A stretch of 64,000 bases of DNA. Source: an uncultured Candidatus Rokubacteria bacterium. Lineage in GTDB: Bacteria; Methylomirabilota; Methylomirabilia; Rokubacteriales; CSP1-6. Below, in pieces: positions 61,343-64,000 of the stretch (position 1 is its first letter; each line of letters starts with the position of its first letter). The notes below the pieces were generated by a model, which was not told where the DNA came from, made no database searches, and saw only the letters and a list, made by a program, of their open reading frames with translations. Location of the stretch: NCBI GenBank assembly GCA_963747235.1, contig CAVVEU010000013.1, positions 327,517 to 391,516 on the forward strand. The letters run 5' to 3'. Position numbers and translations under genes: made by a program.

Positions 61343-62106
61343 ATGACGAGAACGACGGCGGAGGTGGAGCTGATGGCGAGCGGCAGCCGGTCCCGCGGGC
61401 ACGCGGGTGCTCGTGGTCGAGGACGAGGCGGACGTCGCCGAGATGATCCGCTACAACCTCGGCAAGGAAGGCTACGACGTCCGGCTCGCCGCCAACGGCA
61501 CCGACGCTCTCCGGCAGGTCAAGGAAGCGAAACCGGATGTCATCCTGCTCGACATCATGGTCCCCCAGCTCAACGGGTGGGAGATCTGCCGACGCCTCAA
61601 GCAGGATCGAGAGACCGTCGCCATCCCCGTGATCATGGTGACCGGTCGCGTGGAAGAAGGGGACAAGGTCCTCGGCTTCGAGATGGGCGCCGACGACTAC
61701 GTGACCAAGCCCTTCTCGCCGCGGGAGCTGCTGGCCCGCGTGCGCGCGGTCACGCGGCGCGGGCGATCGGGCGACGCGGAGGCCGCCCAGGTGCTCCGGG
61801 CCGGGCGACCTCGAGATCGACCGGCAGCGCTTCGAGGTCAAGATGAAGGGCCGCCTGGTCGAGCTGACCCGCAAGGAGTTCGACCTGCTCGCCACCCTGA
61901 TCCGCACGCCGGGCCGGGTCTTCGGCCGGGAGGAGCTGCTGGATCTCGTCTGGGGCCAGGACGGCTTCGTCGAGCCGCGGACGGTGGACGTGCACGTCGC
62001 CCGGCTGCGCGCGAAGTTCACGGCGGCGCGGGCCCCGATGCCCGCCATCGAGACGGTCCGCGGCGTCGGCTACCGGTTCCGGGACTCGGGCCGGGGCGAC
62101 GCGTAA
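61343..62106 (+). CDS. phoB: Second OmpR/PhoB-family response regulator (frameshifts near 61400 and 61805)
   Basis: LVVEDE, LLDIM.P, GADDYVTKPFSPREL, VWG, RTVDVHVARLR, ETVRGVGY; directly before pstS. Confidence 0.8.
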
Positions 62107-62141
62107 CAGAATCGTAACGTCGCGGTTACCTCCCGGCAACA
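62103..62141 (+). promoter_or_regulatory. Pho-box-like direct repeats (4 units) upstream of pstS
   Basis: GTAACA (62103), GTAACG (62114), GTTACC (62125), GCAACA (62136). Confidence 0.75.
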
Positions 62142-62186
62142 CGGACCGGGGACCATGAACCTCGACAACCCAAGGGAGAGAAGAGA

Positions 62187-63156
62187 ATGAAGAGAGCGAT
62201 CACAGCGGTGGCCATCGTCGGCGCTGACCGCGGCCGTCGGTTACGCCTCGGGTCCCCCGAAGCTGGACCCGGCCCTGCAGGCGTACAAGTCGGTGAGCGG
62301 AGTCAGCGGGAACGTCTCCAGCATCGGTTCCGACACGCTGAACAACCTGATGACGCTGTGGGCGGAGAACTTCAGCAAGTTCTATCCGAACGCCAAGATC
62401 CAGATCGAGGGCAAGGGCTCCTCGACCGCGCCGCCCGCGCTGATCTCCGGCACCGCCCAGCTCGGGCCGATGTCGCGCGAGATGAAGGGCACCGAGGTGG
62501 ACGCGTTCGAGAAGAAGTACGGCTACAAGCCGACCCCGATCCGCACGTCGGTGGACGCGCTCGCGGTGTTCGTCAACAAGGACAATCCGATCAAGTGCAT
62601 GACGATCGCGCAGGTGGACGCGGTCTTCTCGAAGTCGCGCCGGCACGGCTACAAGGAGGACATCACCACGTGGGGCCAGCTCGGCCTGACCGGGGAGTGG
62701 GCGAACAAGCCGGTGAGCCTCTACGGGCGCAACTCGGCCTCCGGCACGTACGGCTTCTTCAAGGAGCACACGCTCAAGAACGGCGACTTCAAGGACTCCG
62801 TCAAGGAGCAGCCGGGCTCGGCCGCCGTCGTCCAGGGCGTCACGGTGGATCGCTTCGCCATCGGCTACAGCGGCATCGGCTACGCGACCGCCGGAGTCCG
62901 AGCCGTCCCGCTGGCCGAGAAGGAAGGCGCCAAGTGCTACGAGGCCGATCCCGACAACGCCTACTCGGGGAGCTACCCGCTGTCGCGCTTCCTGTTCGTC
63001 TACGTCAACAAGGCGCCCGGCAAGCCGCTCGAGCCGCTGACCCGGGAGTTCGCGAAGCTGATCCTCTCCAAGGAGGGCCAGGAGGTGGTCATCAAGGACG
63101 GCTACTTCCCGATTCCCGCCTCCATCGCCAGGGAAGAGCTGGCGAAGATCCAGTAA
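62187..63156 (+). CDS. pstS: Phosphate ABC transporter substrate-binding protein (frameshift near 62222)
   Basis: [41 protein letters not shown]. Confidence 0.93.
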
Positions 63157-64000
63157 GTGGCCATCGACCCAGGAGTGCTCGGCGCGGGCGAGCCGGTTCG
63201 ACCGGCTCGCCCGCTCGTCGTCTCGCGCGCCCGAACCGCCCGTCGCATCGTCCTCGACCGGTGGGCGTCGCGGCTGGTCGTGTCCGGCGGCATCATCATC
63301 ATCGCCTCGATCCTCGCGATCCTCTTCGTGATCGCGGCCGAGGTCTACCCGCTCTTCAAGAAGCCGACCGTCGAGTTCCTCGCCACGCGATCGCCCGCAA
63401 CCGCCACGGCCCCAGCCCCCGGCGTTGCCGCCGGGGTGGACGAGTACCGCGAGGTGGGATACACGATCGGCACCGGCGGCGTGCTCGAGCTGGTCGGGTT
63501 GAAGGGCGAGCGGCGCCTGGCCGGAGTGCCGATTCCAGGGCTGGACGGTGCTCGGGTCAGCACGGTGGCGGCCCTGGGCAAGGGGCGCCATCTCATCGGG
63601 ACCTCCGACGGCCGGGTGATCGCGCTCGACGTGCGGTTCGACGTGGCCTTCAAGGACGGCAAGCGAGAGGTGACGCCCGCACCGATGTTCGCCGCCCCGT
63701 CGATCCTCGATCCCGAGATGAAGCGGCCGCTGCTACGGGTGACCGGCGCGGAGCCGCCGGGCGGGCCGCTCACGGTGGCGCAGGTCGGTCCGAGGGCGCT
63801 GGTCATCCAGACCGTGGTGGAGAAGAAGGCGCTGGTCGGGGCCAGCCGGCGTGAGGAATCGCTGGCCACCCTGGATGTCCAGACCACCGGCGAGGTCACC
63901 GGGCTGGCGCTCGACGGGAGAGCCGAGGACCTGTTCGTCGGCACCTCGACGGGCGAGGTCATCCACTACGACATGCGGGATCGGCAGGCGCCCCGGCCTC
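63157..64000 (+). CDS. pstC: Long-form phosphate ABC permease PstC with periplasmic beta-rich domain (partial)
   Basis: Open frame from GTG 63157 to window end; LDRWA..LV..GG.III..ILAIL..I..EVYPLF TM start typical of long PstC; follows pstS. Confidence 0.75.
   Translation, partial: MAIDPGVLGAGEPVRPARPLVVSRARTARRIVLDRWASRLVVSGGIIIIASILAILFVIAAEVYPLFKKPTVEFLATRSPATATAPAPGVAAGVDEYREVGYTIGTGGVLELVGLKGERRLAGVPIPGLDGARVSTVAALGKGRHLIGTSDGRVIALDVRFDVAFKDGKREVTPAPMFAAPSILDPEMKRPLLRVTGAEPPGGPLTVAQVGPRALVIQTVVEKKALVGASRREESLATLDVQTTGEVTGLALDGRAEDLFVGTSTGEVIHYDMRDRQAPRP

Overview
High-GC bacterial chromosomal window. The gene style suggests Candidatus Rokubacteria/Methylomirabilota, which is an inference and was not tested. 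It is densely coding, and about 25-30 single-base frameshifts in otherwise intact genes look like long-read assembly errors. Four blocks are visible. (1) 1-9 kb mixed genes: AlaX editing protein, thiolase/DUF35 pair, an eroded acyl-CoA ligase, a GGDEF + HD-GYP pair, tusA with a cysteine-desulfurase homologue whose PLP lysine is replaced by Asp, and a HAD hydrolase. (2) 9-18 kb coenzyme F420 cluster: LLM, PPOX, cofG, cofH, HU, GNAT-like, cofD, cofC, cofE, npdG and an Ldh_2 oxidoreductase. (3) 18-43 kb sigma54 nitrogen-scavenging block: enhancer-binding protein, glnB-amtB-glnA, a second amtB, a porin, an ANTAR regulator, urtABCDE, ureABCEFGD, atzF/G/E/H-like genes and a stand-alone NtrC/Fis-type HTH. 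Six promoters here share paired TGCYY-N7-RRGCA sites and a -24/-12 element, four of them with an IHF-like site in between. (4) 43-64 kb phosphate-starvation block: MBL hydrolase-phoB-phoR, alpha/beta hydrolase-GH3, phnCED-GHIJKLM plus an IMPase, ppk1, a Tat transglutaminase-like gene, a second phoB, pstS and a partial pstC, with 11-bp-periodic Pho-box-like repeats at five promoters. The best novelty candidates are the Pho-boxed hydrolase-GH3 operon, an ANTAR pseudo-receiver with an RBS-sequestering leader in front of urt-ure, the sigma54-driven stand-alone NtrC-type DNA-binding domain, and the Lys-to-Asp desulfurase paired with TusA. No tRNA, rRNA, CRISPR array or mobile element was seen.
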